A stretch of DNA of 64,000 bases from Marsupella aquatica (taxonomy: Eukaryota; Plantae; Marchantiophyta). The notes under the pieces were generated by a model. It saw only the letters and a list, made by a program, of their open reading frames with translations. It was not told the origin of the DNA and searched no databases. Of this stretch, positions 34,778 to 47,579 are shown piece after piece. The translations under genes and the position numbers were made by a program. The DNA is taken from assembly GCA_973895155.1 (NCBI GenBank), contig OZ316896.1:17906754-17970753 (forward strand), in the 5' to 3' direction. Position 1 is the stretch's first letter; each line of letters starts with the position of its first letter.

Positions 34778-37417
34778 ATGATGGCTAAGATGTTGCGGAA
34801 TACCCACTTGTTGCTTCTGGGCCTGCTCTTCGGCCTCTTGCTGCTGTTTGTCAAGGATGCTGGAGCCACGATTCTCCTGTTCGGGAACCAAACTCTCTCC
34901 TTTCCCACTTTGGATGCCAGCTTTAGTAAGTTCCCCACACCCAACCCCCCTCCTCCTCCTCTGCACCTTTGTGACATAAGAAATGGTTCATTGCTTTCGC
35001 TGGGTCGCTGTATGCAGAGAAGGATTGGTGGAGACTGATTATTAATGGCCGACATTGGAGCTGATTCTATGTCTTTGCCTGTAGAGAAAATTGCCCATAG
35101 ATCATTTCTCTGTGTAAGAAGAGTCGTTGCCAAAGTTATGAGAGTCAGAGCTCACGAAATTAGTTCTTCCTGTTTGGAAACTGTTTGAAATGCCCGAAAT
35201 CTTCTCACTTAGTTGCAGAGATCCGTGTTTGTCAACTTGGGGTAAGAATTATGAAACGGAGTCTTATCTCTGATCCTTTTTTTGTGATGCATTTGTGGGA
35301 ACGACCCATGGAGTTGATTTGTGTAGTTTTTCCGTAGAGCTGTACTGTACTCATAGTTAGTCTTCGAAATGTTTGTCGATGTCGTTGGGTTCCCTTCTCT
35401 TGCTTTAAAGGACAATGCAGCTTGCTTTGTTAAGGCACGCGAGAAAGTTTTATTGGTCTCCCAGCTGGAAAAGGTGGAAAATCCTATTTCTGATACTTCT
35501 GTTTGGATGGACTTCAAGCTTAATAGATGTCACTAAAACTCGAAGGGCATGCTTAAATTCCCCTCTGCCTGTTTCTTCGTTCCTTTCTGGATTTTCATAT
35601 CGGTGAGAAGTAGCACAATGACTTTCGCAATACATGCAACTTATCTTCTGCATGTTTTCTGTGTTGGAGTTTTGCTTTTCGAAAAGGTTGGGGGCCGGTT
35701 GCTCATTTTCTCCCAAGGCAGATATTCTGTTGTTCTTTTCTTGAGAGTTCTCCTGAGTCTTCGCCAGGCGATATCAGAATTATTGTGAGAAGTTCACTAA
35801 GGACATTGACAGACAAATTGAATGCAGGACAGTAGTCATAATACTTCATTGTCGAAGAGCCTACTTTCTTATTAGTACTGAAAGCAAATAACAATCATCC
35901 AGAAAAATTAGGATCCAAACGAAACAAGGCAAAGGTAGACTGTTATGTTTCAAGTTTCTTGTTTCGCATATGCTCATAACAATTACTTTTCCGTTAATTA
36001 GTTCAAATTCATCAAATCCTTGTAATGTTGTCCCTCGATGAAATCGAAGTTGGTTTCTGATTAGGTGAGCAAGGGAGAGCTATTTTAGTCACTATATATT
36101 GAACTTTTGTGTCCTGTGCAGCTCCTCCTATCCCAGAGATAGGCTTATATGGCGAAGTTCACGTGGCAGACCCCTTGAATGGATGTTCAGCTTTCGAGGG
36201 ACCAGTTACAGTCAGCGATGCTTTTGCCGTTGTCGAGCGTGGCGGGTGCCTCTTCGAGGACAAAGTTCGGAATAGTCAGAATGCAGGATGTGTAGGCACT
36301 ATCGTCTTTGATAATGAAGAAGATAATCTTGTAACGAGTGAGTTCTGTGCCTCCTGAATTTTCGTTCTAAGAAGATTGCAAATTGCAATTGCTATTGAAC
36401 AATGTCCTTCATGTTCTCTTGATCGGTTGAAATTCTGGATCTGAAAAGGAAGGTGTATTGTGGCGAAGAATCCATTTGCAGTTGTGTATCATCCCAACCA
36501 TATTGGTGAAGGGTTATTATGATCTGCTTGAGCTAACATCTCATTGTTCTACTCACAGAGAATTTAATCTAATCGAATTGAGAACCTTTGCAGTGTCAGG
36601 TGATGGAGAGGGTATAACAGCATACGCCCTATTTGTGAGCAAGGTAGCGGGGGAAAGCCTATTGAGTCTGGAAGGAGGAAGTGTATATATTCTACCCGGC
36701 AGCAAGAAAACATCGTTTTCTATCAAGTGGTTGATAATATGTGTGTCTATTATTGTTGTCGTCATAGTCGGAGCACTTGTGCTTGCTCTGTATTGTATTC
36801 GGGCACATATCTTAGCTGTGGCTCAGGAGGAAGCCCTTAACGAACAACTCCTACAGGATGATGACTACGATATATTAAGTAAGCCTCTCGTTTCCCAAGT
36901 ATCGATTCATACAGTATTGAAGGGCGGCGTTGTCTAAGATTATGATGAGCAGCGGTTACAGAAGCTGGGGTCTTGGTCAGCATGATTTCGTTGGTATTCC
37001 AAAGTCTTAGCATCTTAAGTCAGTAGTTGAGAAGAATGCTGTAATTCATCCCGGGAGCAGAGATGAAAGCTGTAATCCATCCCGCTGTTACTGCAGATAA
37101 GACATTACTTCAAGCCAGAAAGGTTATGTTTGTTATGCACATAGCTACTGCCCTTAATGTTTCAATTTGGTTGTAAGTTCCGCTGCTGTCAAATACGATG
37201 TACCCTTATTTCCGTCCTAGGGAATTCGGCCCATTACCGCTTCTAACCTCTATTTGCCTATGTTGTTCTGTTTCACCCTCTTGCAGACCGCGAATTTATT
37301 CCTGATGAAGAGGGTCTGAAAGGCGAAGGTGCGACGACAGATATTGATGGTGACGATGTGCCTACTAGCGAAGGTCCACCTGAAAGCAATTATACGCTAG
37401 AGAATCCAGATAAATAG
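34778..37417 (+). CDS. RMR-like type I membrane protein: signal peptide, PA domain, TM helix, acidic tail, no RING-H2 (~259 aa)
   Basis: Exons 34778-34925, 36122-36337, 36594-36878, 37287-37417 (all phase 1, GT-AG). TLSFPTLDASF/TPPIPEIGLYGEVHVADPLNGC...ERGGCLFEDKVRNSQNAG...IVFDN...LVT/MSG...ALFVSKVAGESL is the PA domain of plant RMR proteins. TM is WLIICVSIIVVVIVGALVLALYCI. Confidence 0.85.
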
Positions 37418-38386
37418 ACTCTATTTTATGGAGTATAAATGTGTAGTCGATGGCAGATGTGTTTACTGATCCCAGAACACTTGAGGACTAGGGTTGCACA
37501 GTACAGGGGTGGGAGACGCTGATTTGTTTGTGAAGTCTTCGTCTCTTTGTCAACACAAGTCCACACTTTCGCACACACACGTTTACTCTTTTACTCCCTT
37601 TCTCTTCAACGTGGCTCTAAAGCTGAGTCAGATCTCGAAGGACAAAATCAGGGATCAAGATGATAGCTGGCAGTGTCTAATTAATTAATTCCCAATCAGA
37701 CTGGGTAATAGTACTTTGTCTGTTCCTGGTCCAATATAGAAATTATGTCTGGAAATCCTGATACTACAATGCCATAATCTCCCTATGATAGGGTGTTGAC
37801 ATGCTGTTTGGAAGGAACTAGTCAGCTTGGGACTAGAGCGCAATTTCTGATAGACAGCATTGACCTGCCTGTCACCAGAAGAAATGCAAGAGGCAATTTG
37901 GGTTCTCATGGTCCAAATACTTGGGCTAGTGAATTTACTTTGTGTTTTTCTATCCAGTAGATGACATTGTCAATAAGAAGAAATTATTAATATCTAATAC
38001 AGGACTCGTTTGGTTGATGACATGTGAACACGAAAATCTGATTTCCAGGGTTTGCAGTACAATTCTGCTGAGAGAAACTTTGAAGGGAAAAGCTGCATGT
38101 TCTAGTTCCTCTCAAGAATGGTTGGTTGCCACAATTGACTATTTGTAATGAAATTCCATCACCCTACAAGTGATATTTTGTGGTGAATAAGAAAGAGTCT
38201 CAGGACGAAACAGGTGAAGCTTTCCAGCATAAAGGCCAGCCGTCTAAACATGACAATTGCCTGGACCATCCAAGTTTTAGAGTCAACTTGCTCCAATCTG
38301 AAGTTTGGGTGATTGCATCATCAGATTGATGGGCTTTTCTGTTAGGCAACTTGTGATGTTGACAGACAGATGAGTCTCATTGGAAC

Positions 38387-38770
38387 GCTCGTCATCCGCT
38401 TTGAACATGCACTATTGTCAAGCTCGTCATCCGCTTTGAACATGCACTATTGTCAACAAATTTCAGTGACATTACACCATGCTTTGACCATGCACTTTTA
38501 TCAACAAATTTCAGTGACATTAGGCCATGCGCAAAGTAGAGCAATCTACCATAGATCTCTCTTTGTGAGTGCCTCCACAGAAGCTTGCCCCCTTAGAGTA
38601 CATCCTTGTCCCACTTGTAGGATTATATGATCTCTCGTTGTGGGTGCTAGTGTGCCACTCTTTGTGGGTGCTAGTGTGCCAGTGTGCCTCCACAGAAGCT
38701 TGCCCCCTTACATCCCTGTTCCACAGAAGCTTGCCCCCTTAGAGAACATCCCTGTCCCACTTGTAGGATC
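38387..38770 (+). repeat. Cluster of nested short tandem duplications (35, 48 and ~30-bp units)
   Basis: GCTCGTCATCCGCTTTGAACATGCACTATTGTCAA x2; CAACAAATTTCAGTGACATTA x2; CCACAGAAGCTTGCCCCCTTA x3; TGTGGGTGCTAGTGTGCCA x2. Confidence 0.85.
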
Positions 38771-39267
38771 AGTTACAGCATTAGAAATGGACCATTAGTT
38801 CTTGACACATTTGCCTTAGCCATGAACAATAAGTTATCACACTCGACATGGTAACTCGTTTTCCCTTTTTCCTTCTTTTCTTCAGTTTTGGGGTTGCATT
38901 TGCCTTTTTTTTTAGTGTTTGACCACTTCAAATCTCTTACGCTATGCCTTCCCTTCATTGTCTTTATCAGTTATGGTCCTTTCTAATGTGAGGCTGTGTA
39001 CTTCCAAATCAGGGTGATCTCCTTCCAAACTTGAAAGATGAGCAGGCCACCAACACTTCGATCAAATGAATTCCCACATTTGGGTTTTCTTTTGCACTCT
39101 GCATAGATATAGATCAGCTGTGCGATTGATTAGGGGCCCTGTTATGGAAAACCAATCCAAACCTATGGACACACACACACACACACATATTCTGCTTGGA
39201 GTGTACATGCCAGAAAGGGGTCTCCTCCGAGCAGTTTATGCACTCTCCACACAAGGGTGGTTTCCTA

Positions 39268-39573
39268 TTAGGGTGTCTCAAACTTCAATAAATGGGGACT
39301 TTTAGTTGGGCCAAGAGTTTGCAGTGCGGGACACAGCCTCAAAGTGTGCGATAAGTACACCGAGTTGGCGACCGTATATTTTTGCTGAATGCTTTTTTGT
39401 GGATCTCCCACTACTTCTGCAGCTTCTACACCACCTCTCAAAGTTATCACCCGCGCCCCCCCCCCCCCCCCCCCCCCCCTTGCTAACTCATGCCACCTCA
39501 AACCTTGAAGTTGCAGGACAAAAATGATGCCCAAAAGTACTAGGGTCACGGTCAGCAGTATGCGGACACTCAT
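39268..39573 (-). CDS. Possible small secreted protein (signal-peptide-like N-terminus); doubtful
   Basis: MSVRILLTVTLVLLGIIFVLQLQG looks like a signal peptide and is followed by a possible phase-1 donor (G|GTTTGA). The frame then crosses a ~24-nt C homopolymer and has no recognisable domain. Confidence 0.2.
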   Translation of the reverse strand: MSVRILLTVTLVLLGIIFVLQLQGLRWHELARGGGGGGGARVITLRGGVEAAEVVGDPQKSIQQKYTVANSVYLSHTLRLCPALQTLGPTKSPHLLKFETP

Positions 39574-39664
39574 TTTTGTATCTGCCACTTTTTTTCTGTG
39601 AATTTGGAGCTGATCAGGACTGGATGCAGAAATGAGTTTTATTCTTTTTCTCTGGGAATTTGTA

Positions 39665-39821
39665 GCTGATCACAACTGAATGCAGAAAGGAGAGGTTTGA
39701 GAGGCACTATGGTACTAATTAACTTACACGCTGGTCCCTGATCACAACTGGATGCACTGGATGCAGAAAGGAGAGGTTTGAGAGGCCCTATTGTACTAAT
39801 TAACTTACACCCTGGTCCCTG
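39665..39821 (+). repeat. Tandem ~75-84-bp duplication
   Basis: ATGCAGAAAGGAGAGGTTTGAGAGGC..TACTAATTAACTTACAC.CTGGTCCCTG x2, plus a partial copy at ~39609. Confidence 0.8.
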
Positions 39822-40942
39822 CCTCCAGAGCCTGCCCCCCAGAAAGCGAGATGAGTACAAAAGCAATAATTGGCAATGAATGAATGTCGCTTCGAGACAA
39901 GGATTGGAAAGGACAACAGTCAAAGCGAAGGCAGGACAGCAGAATACAGCAGTGATCGAAGCACTGGGTGAAGACAAGCCAGCGTGGTGTTGTCGGTACG
40001 GTGGAGTACAAGCGAAGTAAGTAATCCTGAGTGAGGATTACATAGAACAGCAGAATCCAACGAGAAACTCCTCCCTCTCAAATTCATTCCCTCTCTGGCG
40101 CTCTGCCTCTCTCCCAGTCCCTCCCTCCCTCCCTCCCTTTCCCTTTCCCTTTTCGTGCTGTTCAATACTTCTATCGTTGGTGCCACGGCGTGCAATCTCG
40201 TGGAACCCAGAGTGGCACTGGCTCCACACGCGTCCACATGGCCGCATTTCCTGCAAGTGTGAGGTTTCAGTCGCACGGCACCCGACGTGATGCGACTAGA
40301 TGTAATAAAAGTCAAGCTCACGGATCATGGATCTCCATTGCACGGAGTTCAGGTGGCCTCCCTGAACGACATTTCTACTCAACTGAACTGAATCCTGGAG
40401 AACCGTTTAGAAGAGGGAAACAGTTAATCTGTGTCTGTTCAAAATTTGTACCGGGAGTTATCCAGTTTCGCTCGAGGTGAACTGGTGAAGGGAAGGAAAG
40501 GACTGAGAGCCCAGATTCATAACTGTGAATTGTAATTCGTCGTTTTGCGAATTGAAGGTAGGCAGGCAGGCAGGCAGGGTAGAGGGAGAAACCAGCTGAT
40601 CTCTCTGAACTGACCTCGGAAGAGAAAATCCGTTCAGCGGTGGAAAGCCGGTTGTTGAGCTGGATTGCTTTGCCAGAGTAGTCATTCTCGCTCGAGGTGA
40701 CGGAGAGAGAGTTGAAGGAGTTGTCGTTGTTGGTAGCAAGTGAGGAAAGAAGAATTGAAGGACAGAATTCGGAGTTGAGGAAGGGATTGGCTAGTTGTGG
40801 AAAGGAAGGATCGAAGGGTCTCTGGTTCTAGTGAGGAACCAAGGTAGAAATCAGTGCAGGAACGGATTGTTTAGTTTTGGAAACGAAGGATCAAAGTTTG
40901 GTTACAGGAAACGAAGGATCGGACTAGAGCATAGTAGTGGAG

Positions 40943-42890
40943 ATGAGAGAGCTATGGAGTTGGATGGGCACAGCCTTGGCACTTACAGGGATCTTGAGAG
41001 GATTGCTACCAGCCGAGTACCGAGATTTCTTTTCTGGGTTCTTGCTTAAATGGATTAACTTCCTGTCCCCTTTCGCTTACTTTGTCATCCCGGAGTTTGA
41101 AGGTGCAAACCTGAACGAGCTCTACTCATCGGTTCAGAGCTACTTGAGCACCAAGACCGCAACCGGAGCTATGGTCTCGAATTTGTGTCAACCCAAGAAT
41201 GCCAAAACGATCACCTTCTCTCTGGCGAATGATCAGCGAGTTCTGGACACATTCGATGGCGTGAATGTGGAATGGAGGCATCTTACACAGGAGAGGAAGA
41301 ACGCGAACATAGCGGTTTCGAATGACCCTAACAACGATGAGAAGAGGTCTTTCAAGCTGAGAGTGCATCGATCTCAGAAGGAGCAGATCTTAGCAGGCTA
41401 CTTTAGTCACATTTCAGCTCGAGCGAAGACTATCCAAAGAGAGAATCGTGATCTTCAGCTGTATACTAATAACAAAAACAACAGGTCACGGGGCAAAGCT
41501 TGGGAGGCTGTGCCATTCTTGCATCCTGCCAGCTTTGAAAGTCTGGCTCTGGACCCCGTTCTCAAATCTCAGATTGTCGAGGATTTGGACGAATTTGTGG
41601 AAGGGGAAGAGTTCTACCGCCGCGTCGGTAAGGCGTGGAAGAGGGGCTACTTGCTATTTGGACCACCAGGCACAGGTGAGAGATCTGGACGCTTGTCTGT
41701 TACTTTGCAAAACAGAATTTGTCTACCGTGAGAGAAGTTTTCTATGTCCTATGTTCAGTGATTTGTGAATGACTGAGTCGTAGGAATGAACAGTTTTCAA
41801 GGTTAAGCTATAATGAATTACATGATCCCCTCCTTCTCCTCTCGTCTCTGGTTTAGGGTGCGAGGAAAGGGGAGAGAGAATGTATGCATGAATGAATGAA
41901 TCCCCTCATTCACGTCCTGTTCCAGCCAGACCTTACATGATTAGTTGTCCCATTCCAGGATTGTCGTCACATATGTGCTTGCTGCTGCTAAAACTTTGCC
42001 CCAAAATTGCATTTCAACTCCGTTTGTATCGACGACTTTTGATGGTGGAGTGTTATTCCCAATTTCTGACAATCGTTGCTTGTTGACGTGCTTATGAATG
42101 TGCAGGAAAGAGCAGTATGATAGCGGCCATTGCCAACAAATTGCGCTATGATGTATACGACCTGGAGTTGACAGAGGTGGAGTCCAACGCCGACTTGAGG
42201 AAGCTTCTGCTTCAGACCTCGAATAAGTCTATAATTGTGATCGAAGACATCGATTGTTCACTAGACCTCTCTGGCCAACGGCAGCAGGGTGGTAAGAGAA
42301 AGGAGAAAGCAGAAGAATTTCCTGAACAGCAGCAGTTACTAACTGCAAAGTCGGCGAGGGAAGATACAAGCAGGGTGACCCTCTCTGGGCTGCTCAACTT
42401 CACTGATGGGTTATGGTCATCATGTGGATCGGAGCGTATCTTCATCTTCACAACTAACTTTGTTTCAAAGCTCGACCCGGCGTTGCTGCGCCCGGGACGC
42501 ATGGACATGCACATAAGTCTCAGCTACTGTACATTCCTGGCATTCAAGGTTCTAGCCAAGAACTTTCTGCAAATCAAGGATCACCGCCTCTTTCCACAAG
42601 TGGAGAGTGAGATGGAAGGGTGTCCCATCACTCCAGCCGAAGTGGCAGAAATTCTGACAAAAAACAAGCGGAGTGATGACCTAGCTCTCGAGAGTTTGAT
42701 TGAGGCCTTCCGACTTCGCAAATTGGAGCCTCCTCCCATGGAAGAGGAGCCTGAACTTTATACAGAAGAAGTAGATCAGAAGTCAGGTTCAGATCTGAGA
42801 CAGAATTCCATGGAGAAGATATTGAGACCCAGGAGACTCGAGGGTAGAGGTAATCGTGGGGGCGGCCGAGGATTCCGAGGAACGCAGTGA
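40943..42890 (+). CDS. BCS1-like plant AAA-ATPase (AAA_assoc + AAA; ASD/OM66 family), ~505 aa
   Basis: Exons 40943-41675 and 42106-42890, with a phase-1 intron inside the P-loop (GPPGTG|KSS). Motifs HPASFESLA, GKAWKRGYLLFGPPGTGKSS, Walker B IVIEDIDC, VTLSGLLNFTDGLWSSCG, DPALLRPGRMDMHI, TPAEV. Confidence 0.95.
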
Positions 42891-43282
42891 TGGATGTATG
42901 TCAGCAGAGACTTGTAGCACTTGAAGTCCATCTCTGTCTGAATTCTGATCATTCTCTGGAATGAGGAGGCCAAGTTTTTGAACGTTGGATATGTATGCTT
43001 TTTCGAGATTTCCAATCGCGAGGTGTAAAAATCACCTGCTGGACACTTATAGCAGAGAAAAGTTTCGTTTCAACAAGTTTTTTCAATGTAGAAGGAAAGG
43101 GTTTTATCTGCCATGGACGGGAAAGGCTACAAAATGGCAGCAAAATTCGTTTTGGACAGAAGTCCACTTTTGATATAGAACTCGACCTCATCCACTGACC
43201 TTGTAAGAGGATTGCTCACAGGTCTGATAATCCATGGGTCAGGAAACATCTGCAACCGGAGAATCACGAATCTATGTGCTCC

Positions 43283-43431
43283 GAGTCTTGGGAATACGAT
43301 GACAGCGTTAGAAATTTGTAGAGTCTTGGGATACGATTACAGCGTTAGCAATTTGTAGAGTCTTGGGATACGATTACAGCGTTAGCAATTTGTAGAGTCT
43401 TGGGATACGATTACAGCGTTAGCAATTTGTA
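43283..43431 (+). repeat. 37-bp tandem minisatellite x4
   Basis: GAGTCTTGGGATACGATTACAGCGTTAGCAATTTGTA in three exact copies plus one diverged first copy; no spacers. Confidence 0.95.
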
Positions 43432-45821
43432 GAAAAGGTTTTGTAAAAAATTGACGACCAATTGAAGTCTTTCAAATTATAAAGTAAATGGTCATATCAT
43501 TCGTTTGTCATGGCATCTCCAGCTGTGGCCTTCATCTATGATCTCCGAGTATTGCATGTGCCAACTGGAACATCGAATGCAATACGCAATTTTGGACGGA
43601 CAGGATTACAGAATCTGTGATCTGTCCCAATGTTATCCGAGATGATGAGTTCTACTTTCTTTGCACTGTCCACATCGAAACTACCATTTTGATGGCTTTG
43701 TTAAGGTCTACAATTCAGCTGCATGTACTTTGCATTGTCAGCATTTTTAAGGTCTAAAATTCGGCTGCAAACAAATTCTCCACATCGGAATTCCCATAAA
43801 ATCCAGCTGCAAACAGATTGTCCACATCTCAACTACCATAAAATTAACCGGCAAACACCGGGTTGATTTGACAAACGGCCCAATGCTCTCATGCTCAGTG
43901 TATTTTGATGTTACAGCCATCAACTTGCCTAGCAAACATTGAGAAACTGTGAATGGTAAATTTTTAAGCAAACTGGACATAGGTTTCGAAGGAAGTACTT
44001 TCAAGCACTCGAGCTGCATTTTTGAAAGGTTAAACGAAAATTTGCCAGTCATCAAGAAAAAGGTAAGAGGCTCGACAAATTGTAAAAAAGACTCCTGAAA
44101 CTTAGGAGATCGACAGTGCAAAAATTTAAAATACTCCTGAAACTTTGGACATTGATAGTCCAAAGTTTTATAAAAATGTCAGTCTACATTTATAAAACAG
44201 GAAAAAAACAAAGTACTTTGAAAGGGCCAAATAGTAGAAACACCCAAAACGGAAAAGGTGGTGGAATTGCAGAGTGACAAATGTCATACTCTGCCCTTTG
44301 AGAGGATTTGCGCTAAAGTGACTTCTTAACCCCTCTCCAAAGTTGGATTAGATTGGGAGGCATGTAGCTACTTGGTGTGGACCACATGTAATCCGGACAG
44401 CTCTCCTTTTTAATAAGGCAACTTTTTATTCTTTATAATGACTTTTATCCAACTTTTATCCCCTCTGTGAGTGATTGACAATGTCGAACTCTATTTTAGT
44501 CTAGTACTGTAACTCTTGTACTGTAGCTCTCAACTTAGCGAATCCAAAAATATAACTTACAAAGGAAACAAACTGGTTATGGAAAAAACTCTTTCAAAAC
44601 CAAATTCTATGATCAGTTTTAATAAAGGTGCCTGTATCCAAACTGGTCAGCATTTACAGTTTTTTTGCAAAACTCTCTTACTAAAATGACAGCAATGTTA
44701 GTGAATCTTTTTTCTGATGTGGAAAGGGAGCAAAACCCCAATTTACTTTCAATTTTTCCTATTTATTACAGCCACCTTTTAAGGTCATATCAAAATATTA
44801 TTATACAAGAGTTGTCAATCCTGGCCCACTCTCACTTCACTTTAGACCAAATCGAACCTCTCAACTTTCCTCACATATCTTATCTCAACTTCTATGACCC
44901 TACGTGCAATCCATGCAACCCAAACACACCGCCACCTTTCAGCCCCCAATTCGATCTTTCCCTGTTTGGCTTAGCTTTTGGAATCAATGTGGAGGGTTTC
45001 TCCCTGCCGCAGGTTTCCTTTGCATGCTGGATAAATGCAATGGCCACGTTTCCGTCCCCCTTTAAAAATACAAAATAAGCTGCCTACCTCGGTACAGTAG
45101 CTCTTTAGGACTCTCACTCCACATCTGATGAGTTTAGCAGTTTGGATTCCCTAGTGCCATCCCAGTTTGCAAAGGACCTGAGCCAAACAATACTTAGTTT
45201 TCATTATAAGAAACAACGCTAGGCCAGAATGTTATTCTCCTATGATTTTTCAATATTCAATTTTAAAAATAGTGTATACACTGAAGAGTCAGTGTTTACT
45301 TACACCAGGAGGCTTAGCATACTCAGGACCAGGGACGAAATGAAAGTAAATTCAGGAGTGGAGACCAGGGGGCAAAGAAAATAGACCAAAGAGGGGACAG
45401 GGAACTTCTTGGGTGGGTGAAAGAAAGTATGGTAGGAGGGGGGAGAACAACAATTGTGAGTTTGGGCGCAGGGCAATGTAGAGAAATGCATGATTGAAAA
45501 GCCATGAAAATTAATTTGAATACTCAGTGCAAATAAAAAATCACCCCAAGAGCCAGCCTGAGAGAGGCCCAGGGCAAAGAAGAATCCCACCCCCCATACA
45601 AGGGGACAAAACAGAACACTCTTAGAGCCCACCCCAGAAAACCTCTCCCTAAAGGAAAATCTAAAAAAATAGTAATTTTGTCCTCCCAAAAACCCATCAA
45701 TCTTCTTTTGTCTAACAAAACACTGATTGGAGATGAAAATGGAATATTGAAAAAAGAAACCTAGAAAACAGAATGGCCAGCTTGTGTTGCGCTTTTCTAG
45801 GGTAATCTCCAGGCACACAGT

Positions 45822-46394
45822 CCCGGTTTAACCTGACGGGCAAGTTGACGGCTTGCCGGGCACGTCAAACTGTCAAATGACGGCTCGAAAATGACCAATT
45901 TGACGGATATTCCACAATATTCTCCCGAACTCACCCGAACTCCCCCGGACCCTTCCCGGACTCCCCCAGACCCGAACCCGGACTCCCCCGGACCCCGGTT
46001 CGGGGTGGCAGCCAGCCGGGGGCGGGTCTGGGGTCGGGGCTGGGGGAAGGAGGGCGGGGTTTAGAGTCCCAGACTCCCCCGGACCCAAACCCGGACGCTT
46101 CCCGAACTCCCCCAAACTCCCCCGACCCTCCCCCGAACTCCCCCGACCTACCCTGAACTCCCGGTCCCCCGAACCTCGCCCGAACTCCCCCGAACCCCGG
46201 CCCAGACTCCCCCTCACCCGAACTCCCCCTCACCCGAACTCCCCCGAACTCCCCCGACCTCCCCCAAACCTTGCCCGAACCCGGCCCGAATGTCTCCCGA
46301 ACTTGTCCCGGCCCGGACTGCTCCCGAACCCGGGTGCCGGGTTGCCGATTTGCCGACGATTTTCGGCCAGTTTGACGGGCAAGGTCAAACCGGG
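45822..46394. mobile_element. Non-autonomous TIR DNA transposon (hAT-like by 8-bp TSD), 573 bp
   Basis: TIRs CCCGGTTTAACCT (45822) and AGGTCAAACCGGG (ends 46394), 12/13 match. Exact TSD CACACAGT at 45814-45821 and 46395-46402. Interior is made of CCGAACTCCCC-type repeats. Confidence 0.85.
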
Positions 46395-47579
46395 CACACA
46401 GTTAGTTCACTTGCTAAATGTTTGTAGGTGGCCTGGTTTTTAAAGAGAAAAGACAGTCACCATAAAAACTTTATGGCAAGATAAGAGAGACGTAGTATAA
46501 CCAACCAAAATACACGGATAGAAACAACCTCAAAATGTAATGTCAATGACAACAGCATGGATGGCAACGAGCCCTGGGAATCTTATGGCTACAAATTAAA
46601 CAGCTGGCTACACTAAGGTCCAGTTTGGAAAGTATCATACTTGGCAGTCAGATAAAGCTTAAGAAAGCACGGCTGCAAAAGAGCGTGTGAAGTAGGGCAA
46701 GTGAATATAATTCATCCTATTGTAAGTATCTGAGGACTGTATCTGATGACTGTATCTTGTGAAAGAGCCAATCTCTACGAGTTATCTTGAATGTAACATG
46801 CACTCATAAATTCTTAGGCATTAAATCTCCCAAAACTGCCAAGAAATTGCTGAGGAAAAGCCCTGCTTTGTAGTTTCTGTGTAGATGCTTGTGTAGATGC
46901 TTTGCAAGGCGCACTTTCAAGGAATTAGTAAGTTTCAAAGGTCCGGACATCAAGGAAAGTAACATAAGTGCTAAAATGAGGTCTTTCAATAGCTTTCATC
47001 TTTCAGTAGCCTTCATTTTTCTTGCACCAAGCCTGGTTAATGAGGTCTTTCAGTAGCTTTCTCTTTCAGTAGCCTTCATTTTTCTTGCACCAACTAGTTG
47101 CCAGACCATCGGTGTAAGGCCAACTACATACAAGATCACTCTAAAAGCCACCCCCAGCACCAACCTGTTGGGTGTAGATAAGAATTTGTCAAATAAAACT
47201 GGCTCTTTTCACTCTTTGCAGACCCCAGAGAAAGTTCTTCCCAAATTCCCTAGCAAGTGTGACCACATCAGCACATTTGATCATGAACAGGAACCGGGAC
47301 AAGAACAATCAATGATGTTTTTAACGAGTCACAAACCAACACAATTGTTTGGGTTTGACACAATGCAACAAAAACAGTTTGACGTTCCTAGGAACTGTAG
47401 AAAGATAAATAATTGAGAAGTAAAATTTAAATAATAAACAGCAGGATACAAAATAATCAATTGGAACTTACCCAGGAAAAATAAAGTAACAACTCATGTT
47501 CTCTTGGCATGTTGGCCTTAGTATATGACAAAAAAATTTCAATATTAATTTGAAAGCTAGTCAGAGTAATTCAGACATG

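Noticed and set aside
43283-43431. 37-bp repeats of CRISPR-like length
   Set aside because: Units are directly adjacent with no spacers, there are no cas genes, and the context is eukaryotic.
45300-45818. 172-aa hydrophobic minus-strand ORF
   Set aside because: Antisense of purine-rich low-complexity DNA; no recognisable motif.
45873-46233. Gly/Arg-rich ORFs
   Set aside because: Translation of the low-complexity interior of the TIR element.
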